Source: a plasmid. From it: a stretch of 64,000 nt of DNA. The stretch lies in the sequence record NZ_CP148139.1, one strand, 5' to 3'. Made by a program: the position numbers and the translations under genes. This document shows positions 1 through 11,663 of the stretch, in pieces. Position 1 is the stretch's first letter, and the number at the start of each line of letters is the position of its first letter. Under the pieces are notes generated by a model. The model saw only the letters and a program-made list of their open reading frames with translations, was not told the origin of the DNA and did not search any database.

Positions 1-1068
1 GTGCAGGGGCTGGTGAATCAAAAGAATCCATACCTACAGCTTTCTGACATTGAGTCAGTAGAAGGTCTTTCGCCGGAGTTCATCTCCTGGCTAGAAAGCC
101 AATCCCCTAAAGAATCACCCCAGCAGCTGCCTTTAAATGAAGGTGCTGAACCAGCGCGCAAAACCCGCCGTCGTCGCGGTACGCACTCAACGGCGTGTCT
201 CTGCCCGGAACCCAGCTGGTACCGACCGGACAACTTCAAAAAGCTCCCTGGCCAGCTTGGCCATGCCTACAACCGCCTTGTTCGCCGCGATCGTAAAACC
301 GGCGCGTTAAGTCTGCGTATGCGGATCAGCCGCCACCCGTACTTCGTGCAGCTGCGTGAGCAGGCCGGCCGGAAGCGTGACTTCCGCCCGGAGCGGGAGA
401 ATCTGCTTGATGCCATCGTGCCGCTTATGGTCAGCACCGTTGACCGGGCAACCCATATAGACACTATCAACCTCAGCAAAATGGCGTGGCAGCTCAGCGA
501 AAAAGACAGCGAAGGGAACGTGATCCGGAAGGTGACGGTTCCGCGGGTTTGCCGGCTGCTGCAGCACATGATGGAGTACGGGTTACTGGCGCTGCCTGAA
601 GGTGTCACATGGGACCCGTTTAACCGCAAGTGGTTCCCCAAGCATGTCGTGCTGACGGAACGGCTCTGGAAGATAATCGGCGTTGATCTCGATAAACTGT
701 ATGCGGAGCAGGCCGAACAGGTCGCCGCTGAAGCGGCAGGATGGATAACCCGCGATGAGCATGGCCAGGCGGAAGAAATCTCTGTCAAAGCGGCGCGCCG
801 GCGCTGGTATGAGAACATGATGCACGCCACGCTGGTTCGCCGGCGTGAAGCCGCCCTGAAGGGGAAGCGCGAGAAGAAGCTGAAAGCGCTGGCAGAAAAG
901 CCCTTTGACGACCGTGTATATGCCATGTCCGTTCATCTGATGCGGACGCTGCCGAAAGACGAACTGCACGCGCTGTCGCCTGAACAGTTCACGCAGCGCG
1001 TATTCAGCCACCTTTATCAGCTCGATCTGGGGCTGGAGAGGGAAGCAGGCCCCCCTGCTTATCACTGA
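1..1068 (+). CDS. repA: RepA1/RepZ-family (IncFII/IncI-complex type) plasmid replication initiator, 5' end outside the window; true start uncertain
   Basis: Remembered architecture of R1/R100 RepA1 (RRAIDALLQG...SITTLAIECGL...GLITYQTEYDP) is matched by RENLLDAIVPL...TINLSKMAWQL...GLLALPEGVTWDP and by a basic C-terminal tail. The segment is high-GC. The ORF runs off the left edge of the window. Confidence 0.55.
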   Translation: MQGLVNQKNPYLQLSDIESVEGLSPEFISWLESQSPKESPQQLPLNEGAEPARKTRRRRGTHSTACLCPEPSWYRPDNFKKLPGQLGHAYNRLVRRDRKTGALSLRMRISRHPYFVQLREQAGRKRDFRPERENLLDAIVPLMVSTVDRATHIDTINLSKMAWQLSEKDSEGNVIRKVTVPRVCRLLQHMMEYGLLALPEGVTWDPFNRKWFPKHVVLTERLWKIIGVDLDKLYAEQAEQVAAEAAGWITRDEHGQAEEISVKAARRRWYENMMHATLVRRREAALKGKREKKLKALAEKPFDDRVYAMSVHLMRTLPKDELHALSPEQFTQRVFSHLYQLDLGLEREAGPPAYH

Positions 1069-1084
1069 TTTTATCCCCCTGTAA

Positions 1085-1115
1085 TTTTCTAACCGCCGCC
1101 TGGCGGTTTTCGTGC
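1085..1115 (+). terminator. GC-rich hairpin (ccgccgcctggcgg) followed by a T-run, downstream of repA1-like gene
   Basis: The inverted repeat ccgcc/ggcgg followed by ttttcg was seen directly in the sequence. Confidence 0.4.
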
Positions 1116-1214
1116 TGGCCAGCCGGCGCGACCTGCTCAAATTTCCTCCAGTTTTAACGTGTGGCCATCGTGATTTTTTGACCTTCTGGCGCCGCCGGTG
1201 GATAACCGGCAGTG

Positions 1215-1245
1215 AAATCACCTCTATCCACAGTTATCCGCAAAG
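1215..1245. promoter_or_regulatory. Candidate oriR element: near-consensus DnaA boxes (ctatccaca / gttatccgc) about 150 bp downstream of repA1-like gene
   Basis: The DnaA box consensus TTATCCACA is matched at 8 of 9 positions, twice in tandem. IncFII oriR lies downstream of repA1 and contains a DnaA box. Confidence 0.35.
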
Positions 1246-1960
1246 GAGGAAATAAAGTGACCTGCAATCGTGGTCAAAGCAAGCTGCAATACACTCTTAA
1301 CTTCTTTAAAAAGATGTTTATTCAATAAAAGAGATCACTGTTATTCAGGCGCAATTTTCTGTGGATTATGGGAATATGCCTGGCCTTTCAGCGCCGCTAC
1401 GCGGCACGACGGCCAGAATGGTCGCTATGCTCCCAGGTTAGCACCCGGCAAATGCCGGGCAGGGTGTCCAGCAGAAACCTCCAGGGCAGATTCTTCTTTG
1501 CCCCACCGTGCTTTTCCCCGCCGAGCCAACGGCTCGGCAGAAAAAAGCATGATGGATGATGTAACTAAGAACACCCCCGTAAGACGGCAGGGCTGCGACA
1601 CGCACCCCTGACGTCAACGCTACTACCCACGCGGGCGGTGTGCCGCTAACGTCACACCGCCCGCTCGCAGTAGCCAGGGGGTAATGTGGCCACAGCGTCA
1701 CCTGCAGGGCAGTCTGGCAGGTAAATCGCCTGCCATATCGTGCAATGCCTTTCAGGCAATCAACGCCAGTTTCAGCTGTGAGTTTTAAAATTAACAGGGA
1801 AAAGAGGATCGATTTAGCCGCGGTTATCCACGTCAGCCGCTCGCAGGCGCGTTAAACAGGGTGAAGACAGGGGAATGTTGCTCTTTTTGCAGTGAAGGCC
1901 ACAGAGAGCGTTTCAGGCGCTTATTTGAGGAAATGCGATTTCTGCCAGAATGGAGGCACA

Positions 1961-1993
1961 AAAAAACCCGACTGGTGAGATCGGGTTTTTATG
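1961..1993. terminator. Bidirectional rho-independent terminator (aaaaaaacccgactggtgagatcgggttttt)
   Basis: Perfect hairpin cccgac/gtcggg equivalent (cccgactggtgagatcggg) flanked by A-run and T-run. Confidence 0.5.
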
Positions 1994-2440
1994 TTTTGCC
2001 CCGGATGGAGGCGGGAACAACCAAAACAATTGACGGTTAAATATTACGCCATGAGTGCAGTAAATGCAAACCACCGGGAATAGGGTATACTGCGCGGGTC
2101 AATCTGTTGACGTTCTTCTCCAGCCCCCCGCTTATGCGGCATGAACGGATTAAAGTCCTGGTTGAAAAACAGGTGGTGCTGTTTCAATGCCCTGGCTGGA
2201 GTGGGAACGGCCAAAACAATTGACGTGAGGTAGCCGCTGTGACAGGCAGTGTAAGGGCGATCAGCGGTGTTCCTGCTCTGTATGGAGCTAACGGATGATT
2301 AACTTGTTAATCGTCGTTCTGCGGGCAGTTGTTGCAGTGTCTAACGCTGTGATAGCGGTCCTGGAGCTGATCCGGCAGTATTTTGACTGACCGGAAACGT
2401 AACTAAAGGCGGGGGGACCACTCCCCGCCTTTTAACAGGG

Positions 2441-3082
2441 TTACATCTCGATCATCGGGAACAGATCGTCTTCCTGGTGGTAAAGCACGTCGTCCGTTTC
2501 CGTTCCATCAAGCCATTCAGCGAACAGTTCAAACAGGCACACCGACATTTCCTCCGGTGAAATTGCGCCACACTGCAGCTCGTAGAAGACCTCAATTTTT
2601 TCCAGCAGGCTGTTGGCCGCTTTGTCGTAGCCGAACAGCTTGATCGGCGGGAATCGCATTGCATCCGGGTTGGTTTCCGCCAGTTCATCATCCTTGCGTT
2701 CCGGATAAATGCTGTACAGCGTTGCCGGCGATGGCGGCAATACCTCGATAAAGCGGTTTATCCGCATCGGCAGTTCGCTGGAAAACTTCTCATTGTCCGG
2801 AATGTAAAACGCGGCGCTGCGTACCAGGGCATCCTGGAAAGAAATTACCCCCTGACCTTCGGTCTGCTTACGTAGCTCACGAATGTTCACGCGGTCCTTT
2901 TCACGGATTTGGTACAGATCCCCTTCCCGGACCGTTTTGGAAAACGTGCCGTGTTCGGCTTCCTGCCCGGAGAGCTCAGAATAATAATCCTGGCCGACGG
3001 TTTCGCGCAGTATTTCAAAGGTTTTCCGGTCTTCAATCGACTCAAAATATTTCACGCGGGTGTTGGCGATCAGCGAATCCAC
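2441..3082 (-). CDS. Hypothetical protein; its N-terminal (start) side abuts the IS1 end and is probably truncated by IS1
   Basis: 213-aa ORF in the high-GC block. Its upstream end runs directly into the IS1 terminus at 3101. A terminator hairpin at 2403-2431 (ggcggggggaccactccccgcc + tttt) lies downstream of its stop. Confidence 0.4.
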   Translation of the reverse strand: MDSLIANTRVKYFESIEDRKTFEILRETVGQDYYSELSGQEAEHGTFSKTVREGDLYQIREKDRVNIRELRKQTEGQGVISFQDALVRSAAFYIPDNEKFSSELPMRINRFIEVLPPSPATLYSIYPERKDDELAETNPDAMRFPPIKLFGYDKAANSLLEKIEVFYELQCGAISPEEMSVCLFELFAEWLDGTETDDVLYHQEDDLFPMIEM

Positions 3083-3115
3083 CTCGCCGTTCGCGCCGCG
3101 GGTAATGACTCCAAC

Positions 3116-3619
3116 TTATTGATAGTGTTTTATGTTCAGATAATGCCCGATGACTTTGTCATGCAGCTCCACCGATTTTGAGAACGACAGCGACTTCCGT
3201 CCCAGCCGTGCCAGGTGCTGCCTCAGATTCAGGTTATGCCGCTCAATTCGCTGCGTATATCGCTTGCTGATTACGTGCAGCTTTCCCTTCAGGCGGGATT
3301 CATACAGCGGCCAGCCATCCGTCATCCATATCACCACGTCAAAGGGTGACAGCAGGCTCATAAGACGCCCCAGCGTCGCCATAGTGCGTTCACCGAATAC
3401 GTGCGCAACAACCGTCTTCCGGAGCCTGTCATACGCGTAAAACAGCCAGCGCTGGCGCGATTTAGCCCCGACGTATCCCCACTGTTCGTCCATTTCCGCG
3501 CAGACGATGACGTCACTGCCCGGCTGTATGCGCGAGGTTACCGACTGCGGCCTGAGTTTTTTAAATGGCGGAAAATCGTGTTGAGGCCAACGCCCATAAT
3601 GCGGGCGGTTGCCCGGCAT
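3116..3619 (-). CDS. insB: IS1 InsB (expressed as InsAB' by a -1 frameshift)
   Basis: The 167-aa ORF overlaps insA in the -1 frame inside the IS1 boundaries. Confidence 0.85.
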   Translation of the reverse strand: MPGNRPHYGRWPQHDFPPFKKLRPQSVTSRIQPGSDVIVCAEMDEQWGYVGAKSRQRWLFYAYDRLRKTVVAHVFGERTMATLGRLMSLLSPFDVVIWMTDGWPLYESRLKGKLHVISKRYTQRIERHNLNLRQHLARLGRKSLSFSKSVELHDKVIGHYLNIKHYQ

Positions 3620-3813
3620 CCAACGCCATTCATGGCCATATCAATGATTTTCTGGTGCGTACCGGGTTGAGAAGCGGTGTAAGTGAACTGCAGTTGCCAT
3701 GTTTTACGGCAGTGAGAGCAGAGATAGCGCTGATGTCCGGCGGTGCTTTTGCCGTTACGCACCACCCCGTCAGTAGCTGAACAGGAGGGACAGCTGATAG
3801 AAACAGAAGCCAC
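3538..3813 (-). CDS. insA: IS1 InsA
   Basis: [43 protein letters not shown]... matches IS1 InsA from memory. Confidence 0.85.
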   Translation of the reverse strand: MASVSISCPSCSATDGVVRNGKSTAGHQRYLCSHCRKTWQLQFTYTASQPGTHQKIIDMAMNGVGCRATARIMGVGLNTIFRHLKNSGRSR

Positions 3814-3915
3814 TGGAGCACCTCAAAAACACCATCATACACTAAATCAGTAAGTTGGCAGCATCACCTTGATTATATTATTGATAATAATAAAAACCTT
3901 ATCCCTATCCAAGAA

Positions 3916-4173
3916 GTGATGCCTATCATTGGTTGGAATGAACTTGAAAAAATTAGCCTTGAATACATTACTGGTAAGGTAAACGCCATTGTCAGCAAAT
4001 TGATCCAAGAGAACCAACTTAAAGCTTATGATGATGATGTGCTTAAAAACTTACTCAATGGCTGGTTTATGCATATCGCAATACATGCGAAAAACCTAAA
4101 AGAGCTTGCCGATAAAAAAGGCCAATTTATTGCTATTTACCGCGGCTTTTTATTGAGCTTGAAAGATAAATAA
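3916..4173 (+). CDS. Hypothetical small protein (85 aa)
   Basis: ORF in the low-GC block, followed by the bidirectional terminator at 4219-4245. Confidence 0.3.
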   Translation: MMPIIGWNELEKISLEYITGKVNAIVSKLIQENQLKAYDDDVLKNLLNGWFMHIAIHAKNLKELADKKGQFIAIYRGFLLSLKDK

Positions 4174-4218
4174 AATAGATAGGTTTTATTTGAAGCTAAA
4201 TCTTCTTTATCGTAAAAA

Positions 4219-4245
4219 ATGCCCTCTTGGGTTATCAAGAGGGTC
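4219..4245. terminator. Bidirectional terminator hairpin (ccctcttgggttatcaagaggg) downstream of tetA
   Basis: Perfect 8-bp stem with a 7-nt loop, lying between two convergent genes. Confidence 0.5.
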
Positions 4246-4285
4246 ATTATATTTCGCGGAATAACATCATTTGGTGACGAAATAA

Positions 4286-5491
4286 CTAAGCACTTGTCTC
4301 CTGTTTACTCCCCTGAGCTTGAGGGGTTAACATGAAGGTCATCGATAGCAGGATAATAATACAGTAAAACGCTAAACCAATAATCCAAATCCAGCCATCC
4401 CAAATTGGTAGTGAATGATTATAAATAACAGCAAACAGTAATGGGCCAATAACACCGGTTGCATTGGTAAGGCTCACCAATAATCCCTGTAAAGCACCTT
4501 GCTGATGACTCTTTGTTTGGATAGACATCACTCCCTGTAATGCAGGTAAAGCGATCCCACCACCAGCCAATAAAATTAAAACAGGGAAAACTAACCAACC
4601 TTCAGATATAAACGCTAAAAAGGCAAATGCACTACTATCTGCAATAAATCCGAGCAGTACTGCCGTTTTTTCGCCCCATTTAGTGGCTATTCTTCCTGCC
4701 ACAAAGGCTTGGAATACTGAGTGTAAAAGACCAAGACCCGCTAATGAAAAGCCAACCATCATGCTATTCCATCCAAAACGATTTTCGGTAAATAGCACCC
4801 ACACCGTTGCGGGAATTTGGCCTATCAATTGCGCTGAAAAATAAATAATCAACAAAATGGGCATCGTTTTAAATAAAGTGATGTATACCGAATTCGATTG
4901 CGTCTCAACCCCTACTTCGGTATCTGTATTATCACGTGTATTTTTGGTTTCACGGAACCAAAACATAACCACAAGGAAAGTGACAATATTTAGCAACGCA
5001 GCGATAAAAAAGGGACTATGCGGTGAAATCTCTCCTGCAAAACCACCAATAATAGGCCCCGCTATTAAACCAAGCCCAAAACTTGCCCCTAACCAACCGA
5101 ACCACTTCACGCGTTGAGAAGCTGAGGTGGTATCGGCAATGACCGATGCCGCGACAGCCCCAGTAGCTCCTGTGATCCCTGAAAGCAAACGGCCTAAATA
5201 CAGCATCCAAAGCGCACTTGAAAAAGCCAGCAATAAGTAATCCAGCGATGCGCCTATTAATGACAACAACAGCACTGGGCGCCGACCAAATCGGTCAGAC
5301 ATTTTTCCAAGCCAAGGAGCAAAGATAACCTGCATTAACGCATAAAGTGCAAGCAATACGCCAAAGTGGTTAGCGATATCTTCCGAAGCAATAAATTCAC
5401 GTAATAACGTTGGCAAGACTGGCATGATAAGGCCAATCCCCATGGCATCGAGTAACGTAATTACCAATGCGATCTTTGTCGAACTATTCAT
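4286..5491 (-). CDS. tet(B): Tetracycline efflux MFS pump TetA, class B
   Basis: The translation from MNSSTKIALVITLLDAMGIGLIMPVLPTLLREF... to ...QAQGSKQETSA matches Tn10 TetA(B) from memory (401 aa). Confidence 0.95.
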   Translation of the reverse strand: MNSSTKIALVITLLDAMGIGLIMPVLPTLLREFIASEDIANHFGVLLALYALMQVIFAPWLGKMSDRFGRRPVLLLSLIGASLDYLLLAFSSALWMLYLGRLLSGITGATGAVAASVIADTTSASQRVKWFGWLGASFGLGLIAGPIIGGFAGEISPHSPFFIAALLNIVTFLVVMFWFRETKNTRDNTDTEVGVETQSNSVYITLFKTMPILLIIYFSAQLIGQIPATVWVLFTENRFGWNSMMVGFSLAGLGLLHSVFQAFVAGRIATKWGEKTAVLLGFIADSSAFAFLAFISEGWLVFPVLILLAGGGIALPALQGVMSIQTKSHQQGALQGLLVSLTNATGVIGPLLFAVIYNHSLPIWDGWIWIIGLAFYCIIILLSMTFMLTPQAQGSKQETSA

Positions 5492-5496
5492 TTCAC

Positions 5497-5549
5497 TTTT
5501 CTCTATCACTGATAGGGAGTGGTAAAATAACTCTATCAATGATAGAGTG
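5497..5549. promoter_or_regulatory. tetO: tetO1/tetO2 operators and divergent tetA/tetR promoters
   Basis: The palindromes ctctatcactgatagggag and actctatcaatgatagagtg (classic tet operators) lie between the divergent tetA and tetR genes. Confidence 0.8.
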
Positions 5550-5563
5550 TCAACAAAAATTAG

Positions 5564-6860
<1,297 letters not shown>

Positions 6861-6870
6861 CGCAAGTTCA

Positions 6871-6963
<93 letters not shown>

Positions 6964-7148
6964 TCAAGCTCCTCCTAAAGATTGCAAAATTAATGTGATT
7001 GCCCCCCCACCTTCATTCCCTGTTTCTCGTTTTACTCGATCTAAAGGAAAACTAGAATTAGGGTATCGACAGGGATTGGAAAAAGGTATCTTATTTCTAG
7101 AAAACGTATGATTGTTGTTTTCCAATCAATTGATTATTGGAGTGATTT

Positions 7149-8375
7149 TTGAGTAGTTATTTTCGTTTTATGAGCCAAGAATGGCCGCTTTTAAGCTTTG
7201 GCTTTATTACTGTTTTTATCGGTAATATTGGCCAATCATTTTTTTTGAGTTGGTATGGCGCAGATATTCAACAATCACTTAACATTTCTGCTGAGGACTA
7301 TGGTTTCATTTATGCCATTGCCACGTTGTGCAGTAGTGCCGTCATTTTTATGGTTGGCGGCCTTGTTGACCGTTGGGCTTTGCATAAAGTGGTTATTGTC
7401 GTGTCATTTTTACTTTGTGTTTCCTGTTTATTAATGGCGAACATTCAAACTGTGTGGATGTTATTTTTTGCATTTTGGGGACTGAGGCTCGCTGGACAAG
7501 GACTCTTTCCACATACCGCGCAAACAACCATGCTTCGAGTTTACACTCACCAAAGGGGGAAAGCGCTTAGCCTTTCTGCTAGCGGAGTTGCCTTCGGTGA
7601 AATGGTGCTTCCCATAATTTTAATGACGACTATCGCTTTGCTTGGTTGGAGGTGGAGTTGGTTGATGTTGGCATTGATAGTCATGATTATTTATTTACCA
7701 ATGGCTTTAACTTTATTAAAAAAGTCGAATACATCTGATAAGAAAAAACCTTTGGAACCCAAAAGCACAAAAACACAAGAGCAAGGGCGTAGAGATGTCG
7801 TGAAAGATTGGCGATTTTGGTCGATTATTCCTGCCGTTTTATCCGCTCCATTTATTGTGACGGCCGTATTTATTCAACAAAATTACTTACTGGAACAAAA
7901 GGGATGGCCTGCAAGTTTATTAGCGAGTAGTTTCGTTGCATATGGTTTTTTACATTGGGCAAGTTCTATGGTCTCTGGCTCTTTGATTGATCGTTTTCAA
8001 GCTAAATCTTTATTACCATTTCTTCCATTACCTTTAATTGCCGGTTTATTAGTCTTAACGTTATTGGATAATTACTGGGCTGCACCTCTATTTATGTCCT
8101 TATTTGGTCTAGGCATTGGTAGTTCCAGTCCTGTTATTAGTGCATTATGGGTAGAGATTTATGGGACTCAGCATATTGGAGCAATCCGCTCTATGGTGAC
8201 CTCAATGATGATCTTTTCTACAGCAGCTGCCCCATGGATATTTGGGATATTTATTGAAAAAGGCTGGACAGCTTCCACTCTATTTGGTTTGTTTAGCGGC
8301 CTAACTATGATCGGATTATTACTTCTTATACCTGCTTATCAGTCCTTTAAAGATAAACAGTGTCATAGTGACTAA
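7149..8375 (+). CDS. MFS transporter (12-TM), substrate unknown; occupies the position where Tn10 has tetD; TTG start at 7149 (alternative ATG at 7170)
   Basis: MFS motif A-like GGLVDRWALHK lies between predicted TM2 and TM3. The protein is highly hydrophobic (408 aa). Confidence 0.65.
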   Translation: MSSYFRFMSQEWPLLSFGFITVFIGNIGQSFFLSWYGADIQQSLNISAEDYGFIYAIATLCSSAVIFMVGGLVDRWALHKVVIVVSFLLCVSCLLMANIQTVWMLFFAFWGLRLAGQGLFPHTAQTTMLRVYTHQRGKALSLSASGVAFGEMVLPIILMTTIALLGWRWSWLMLALIVMIIYLPMALTLLKKSNTSDKKKPLEPKSTKTQEQGRRDVVKDWRFWSIIPAVLSAPFIVTAVFIQQNYLLEQKGWPASLLASSFVAYGFLHWASSMVSGSLIDRFQAKSLLPFLPLPLIAGLLVLTLLDNYWAAPLFMSLFGLGIGSSSPVISALWVEIYGTQHIGAIRSMVTSMMIFSTAAAPWIFGIFIEKGWTASTLFGLFSGLTMIGLLLLIPAYQSFKDKQCHSD

Positions 8376-8730
8376 AAGAGTGTTAAAGATTAATTCATCT
8401 AATGATGAAGTGAAAAACCGTTTCTTTTTTGTTCTTACCATATAGACCTTTTGTGATATTCGTGTAACAATTCACACATTATTAATTTTAAAAGGATTGT
8501 AAGTTGCATATTACGCCGCCTTAGGCTACCCACCTCTTTCTTCAAAATTGTCACCATTTTGCGTGACTATTATGCCGTTTGCCGGCAGGTACCTTAGTAC
8601 CATTTATTCTATTAATTTCATTAAATACAATTTCAAAGCAGCATAGTGCGTTCACTAAATTATCTTAGGCTAAATCTGCCTATAGGATCTTGTGTGCATC
8701 GATGTCGCTTTCTTTTATGATAGGATTTTC

Positions 8731-10218
8731 ATGTTAGAAAAAATAAAACTTGAATGGTTTTCGAATGTTCGTGGCGATTTGCTCGCGGGTATTGTTGTGG
8801 CTTTAGCTCTGATCCCAGAAGCTATTGCTTTTTCTATTATTGCAGGTGTTGACCCTAAAGTTGGTCTTTACGCTTCTTTTTGTATCACTTTCATTATCTC
8901 TATTGTGGGTGGCCGCCCCGGAATGATTTCGGCTGCAACGGGTGCGATGGCGTTACTTATGGTCACTTTGGTTAAAGACCACGGTTTAGAGTATTTGTTA
9001 GCGGCAACTATGTTAACAGGGGTATTCCAAATCATAGCCGGATATTTAAAACTCGGCAGCTTAATGCGTTTTGTATCACGCTCTGTCGTGACGGGGTTTG
9101 TTAATGCATTAGCAATTCTTATCTTTATGGCTCAATTGCCCGAGTTAACCAATGTAACTTGGCATGTTTACGCGATGACAGCAGCAGGGTTAGGAATTGT
9201 TTATTTATTCCCATATGTTCCTGCTATCGGTAAAGCGATCCCATCTCCTTTGATTTGCATCATCGTTTTGACAATTGTAGCAAGCGTCTCTGGAATGGAT
9301 ATACGAACTGTTGGTGATATGGGGCAACTTCCCGATACGCTGCCTATTTTCTTATGGCCAGAAGTTCCACTTAATCTTGAAACTTTATTCATTATTTTAC
9401 CTTATTCATTGGGCCTCGCTATGGTTGGTCTGTTGGAATCAATGATGACCGCCACGATTGTGGATGACCTTACGGATACCAAAAGTAATCGTAATCAAGA
9501 GTGTAAGGGACAAGGTATTGCTAACATTGGTGCAGGCTTAATGGGCGGTATGGCTGGTTGTGCCATGATTGGCCAGTCAATTATTAATATTAAATCTGGC
9601 GGACGTGGACGATTATCCACCTTAAGCTCCGGTATTTATCTTATCATCATGGTAGTTTTTCTAGATGAATGGCTTAAGCAAATCCCGATGGCAGCGTTAG
9701 TTGCAGTAATGATTATGGTAGCAATTGGTACCTTTTCTTGGAGTTCAATTAGAGATCTTAAAAAGCACCCATTATCAACAAATATTGTGATGATAACGAC
9801 CGTTGTTGTGGTTGTGGCAACGCATAACTTAGCAATTGGTGTTTTTGTCGGGGTGTTATTAGCGACGTTATTCTTTGCCAATAAAATTGGTCGTTTTATG
9901 GTGGTAAAAACAGAGTCACCAGTAGATGCAAGCCGAACTTATCAAGTTATGGGACAAGTCTTTTTTGCATCATCAGAGCAATTTATTGAATCATTTGATT
10001 TTAAAGAGGTGGTGAATAAAGTTGTGATTGATCTCACTCATGCTCACTTTTGGGATATTACTTCAGTATCATCACTTGATAAGGTGGTGATTAAATTCCG
10101 ACGCGAAGGAACAGATGTTGAAATTATTGGGATGAGTGAAGCAACAGAAACCATCGTTGATAAGTTTGGTGTGCATAATGATCCTAAAGAAGTCGAAAAG
10201 CTCATGGCAGGCCACTAA
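8731..10218 (+). CDS. SulP-family anion permease with C-terminal STAS domain
   Basis: Many transmembrane segments followed by a soluble C-terminal domain ([16 protein letters not shown]...), typical of SulP/STAS. Likely start at MLEKIKLEW. Confidence 0.75.
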   Translation: MLEKIKLEWFSNVRGDLLAGIVVALALIPEAIAFSIIAGVDPKVGLYASFCITFIISIVGGRPGMISAATGAMALLMVTLVKDHGLEYLLAATMLTGVFQIIAGYLKLGSLMRFVSRSVVTGFVNALAILIFMAQLPELTNVTWHVYAMTAAGLGIVYLFPYVPAIGKAIPSPLICIIVLTIVASVSGMDIRTVGDMGQLPDTLPIFLWPEVPLNLETLFIILPYSLGLAMVGLLESMMTATIVDDLTDTKSNRNQECKGQGIANIGAGLMGGMAGCAMIGQSIINIKSGGRGRLSTLSSGIYLIIMVVFLDEWLKQIPMAALVAVMIMVAIGTFSWSSIRDLKKHPLSTNIVMITTVVVVVATHNLAIGVFVGVLLATLFFANKIGRFMVVKTESPVDASRTYQVMGQVFFASSEQFIESFDFKEVVNKVVIDLTHAHFWDITSVSSLDKVVIKFRREGTDVEIIGMSEATETIVDKFGVHNDPKEVEKLMAGH

Positions 10219-10228
10219 GGAGAAAGTA

Positions 10229-11080
10229 ATGAATAACGTAATTACCTGTATTGATGGCTCAATCTATGCTGATTCCACTTGCCGTGCTGGCATTTGGGCA
10301 TCGAATAAATTGAATAAAAAATTGTTGTTGTTACACGCAATTGAGAAAACACCATCAACCCAAGCCGAAGATCTTAGTGGTGCTATTGGCTTAGGCGCTC
10401 GTTCATCTTTATTAACTGAAATGGCCAGTTTAGATGAACAAAAAAGCAAATTAGCCTTGGAGTTAGGTAAAGAGATGCTGGAACATGCTTCTCAATTAGC
10501 GCAAGCACAAGGTTGTCACACAATTGAAAAAATGCAACGACATAGCGGTATCGTTGAAGCCATTTATGATCTGGAAGAAGAGGCTCGTTTAATTGTGATT
10601 GGACGCTCTGGTGAAAGCCATGGTGATAATTTCAATGTGGTGGGCTCTCACATTGAGCAAATTATTCGTCAAGTTCATACTCCTGTTGTTATTGCCAATA
10701 AAGAGTTTGCAGCCCCTAAAAGTTTTATGTTGGCTTATGATGGGCGTGAAACCGCAGATAAAGCGGTGAAAACTATTATTGAAGGAGGCTTACTTCATGG
10801 TTTGACATGTCATCTTGTCAGTGTGAAAAACAATCAACCTAAACAACAAGAAAAGTTTCAGCAAACCGAAGCTATGCTGAAAGAGAATGGATTTGAAGTA
10901 TGTTCGAGTTTATTGGAAGGCAATGTATTTAATTCATTGATGGAATATAAATCGAGTCATGATGTTGAAATGCTTGTGATGGGCGCATTTTCACGCTCTA
11001 AGCTGGCACAGGTTTTCCTTGGCAGTAATACACTTAAAATGATGGAAAGTACTCAACTACCAATGGTAATTCTTCGCTAA
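10229..11080 (+). CDS. uspA: Universal stress protein (tandem Usp domains)
   Basis: RBS aggagaaagtaATG. Two Usp-like halves (VMGAFSRSKLAQVFLGSNTLKMMESTQLPMVIL at the C-terminus). Confidence 0.7.
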   Translation: MNNVITCIDGSIYADSTCRAGIWASNKLNKKLLLLHAIEKTPSTQAEDLSGAIGLGARSSLLTEMASLDEQKSKLALELGKEMLEHASQLAQAQGCHTIEKMQRHSGIVEAIYDLEEEARLIVIGRSGESHGDNFNVVGSHIEQIIRQVHTPVVIANKEFAAPKSFMLAYDGRETADKAVKTIIEGGLLHGLTCHLVSVKNNQPKQQEKFQQTEAMLKENGFEVCSSLLEGNVFNSLMEYKSSHDVEMLVMGAFSRSKLAQVFLGSNTLKMMESTQLPMVILR

Positions 11081-11104
11081 GAAATTTTATTGGTTGTACT
11101 ATTA

Positions 11105-11136
11105 GTCCAGCACAATTGAGTGCTGGTCTTTTTTGT
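11105..11136 (+). terminator. Terminator hairpin (ccagcacaattgagtgctgg + T-run) after uspA
   Basis: Perfect 7-bp stem followed by tcttttttgtc. Confidence 0.4.
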
Positions 11137-11663
11137 CAAATTAAGTGTGATATACCTTATCCCTCCTTAATTCTGGTTCAGAAAATCTTTCCACAGAAGT
11201 TTCTGTGCGTTTATTGATGACTCAAGTATCAATGAACAACATGTAAAAATCCGAAGTGCAGTGACACTATTTGCCCCTCAATATCAAGAGTACTTGGTTA
11301 AAACGAAAAGGCTAACTCGCAACTCTTGGAATGATCCTGTAATGGCTGCTCTATAAGTTACTGGGTATCAAATGTTTGAGTCTAGTACAGTGAAAGTTGC
11401 ACGCAGGGTTCTCAAGAAGACGGCTTTTAATAACAAATGTCGTCCACCCGACAAAGTGAATTGTGTTGGTGCTGAGTGAAGATTGTACATTCGATCCCTC
11501 GGTACTAAACTTAGTACATCTTAGTAATCCAATTGGTAAAAATTAGACATGTTGATGAATACTTACTATTAAAAATAGACAGCTGATTAAGCTCGGTGAT
11601 TTTTTTAATATTAGATACTATCAACCTATGAAAGGTAATGGTTAATCGCTTACTTATCTATCT

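Larger units (their letters stand above)
3101..3868 (-). mobile_element. IS1: IS1 (768 bp), complete, minus orientation, no target-site duplication
   Basis: The termini ggtaatgactccaacttattgatagtg (at 3101) and ttggcagcatcacc (ending 3868) match the IS1 inverted repeats. InsA and InsB ORFs are inside. The flanking 9-mers differ. Confidence 0.9.

Noticed and set aside
267-1221. Minus-strand ORFs of 219, 86 and 212 aa overlapping the repA1-like gene
   Set aside because: They are antisense to a well-supported coding frame in high-GC DNA, where long spurious ORFs are common.
1270-1701. ORFs of 113, 63 and 87 aa downstream of repA1-like gene
   Set aside because: They overlap each other and lie in the putative ori/non-coding region, with no RBS or plausible product. 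Treated as non-coding.
9201-9881. Minus-strand ORFs within the SulP gene
   Set aside because: Antisense to a convincing 12-TM transporter frame.
11501-11530. Short palindrome gtactaaacttagtac upstream of the umuC remnant, considered as an att site or SOS (LexA) box
   Set aside because: It does not match the CTGT-N8-ACAG LexA consensus, and a 7-bp arm is too short to call.
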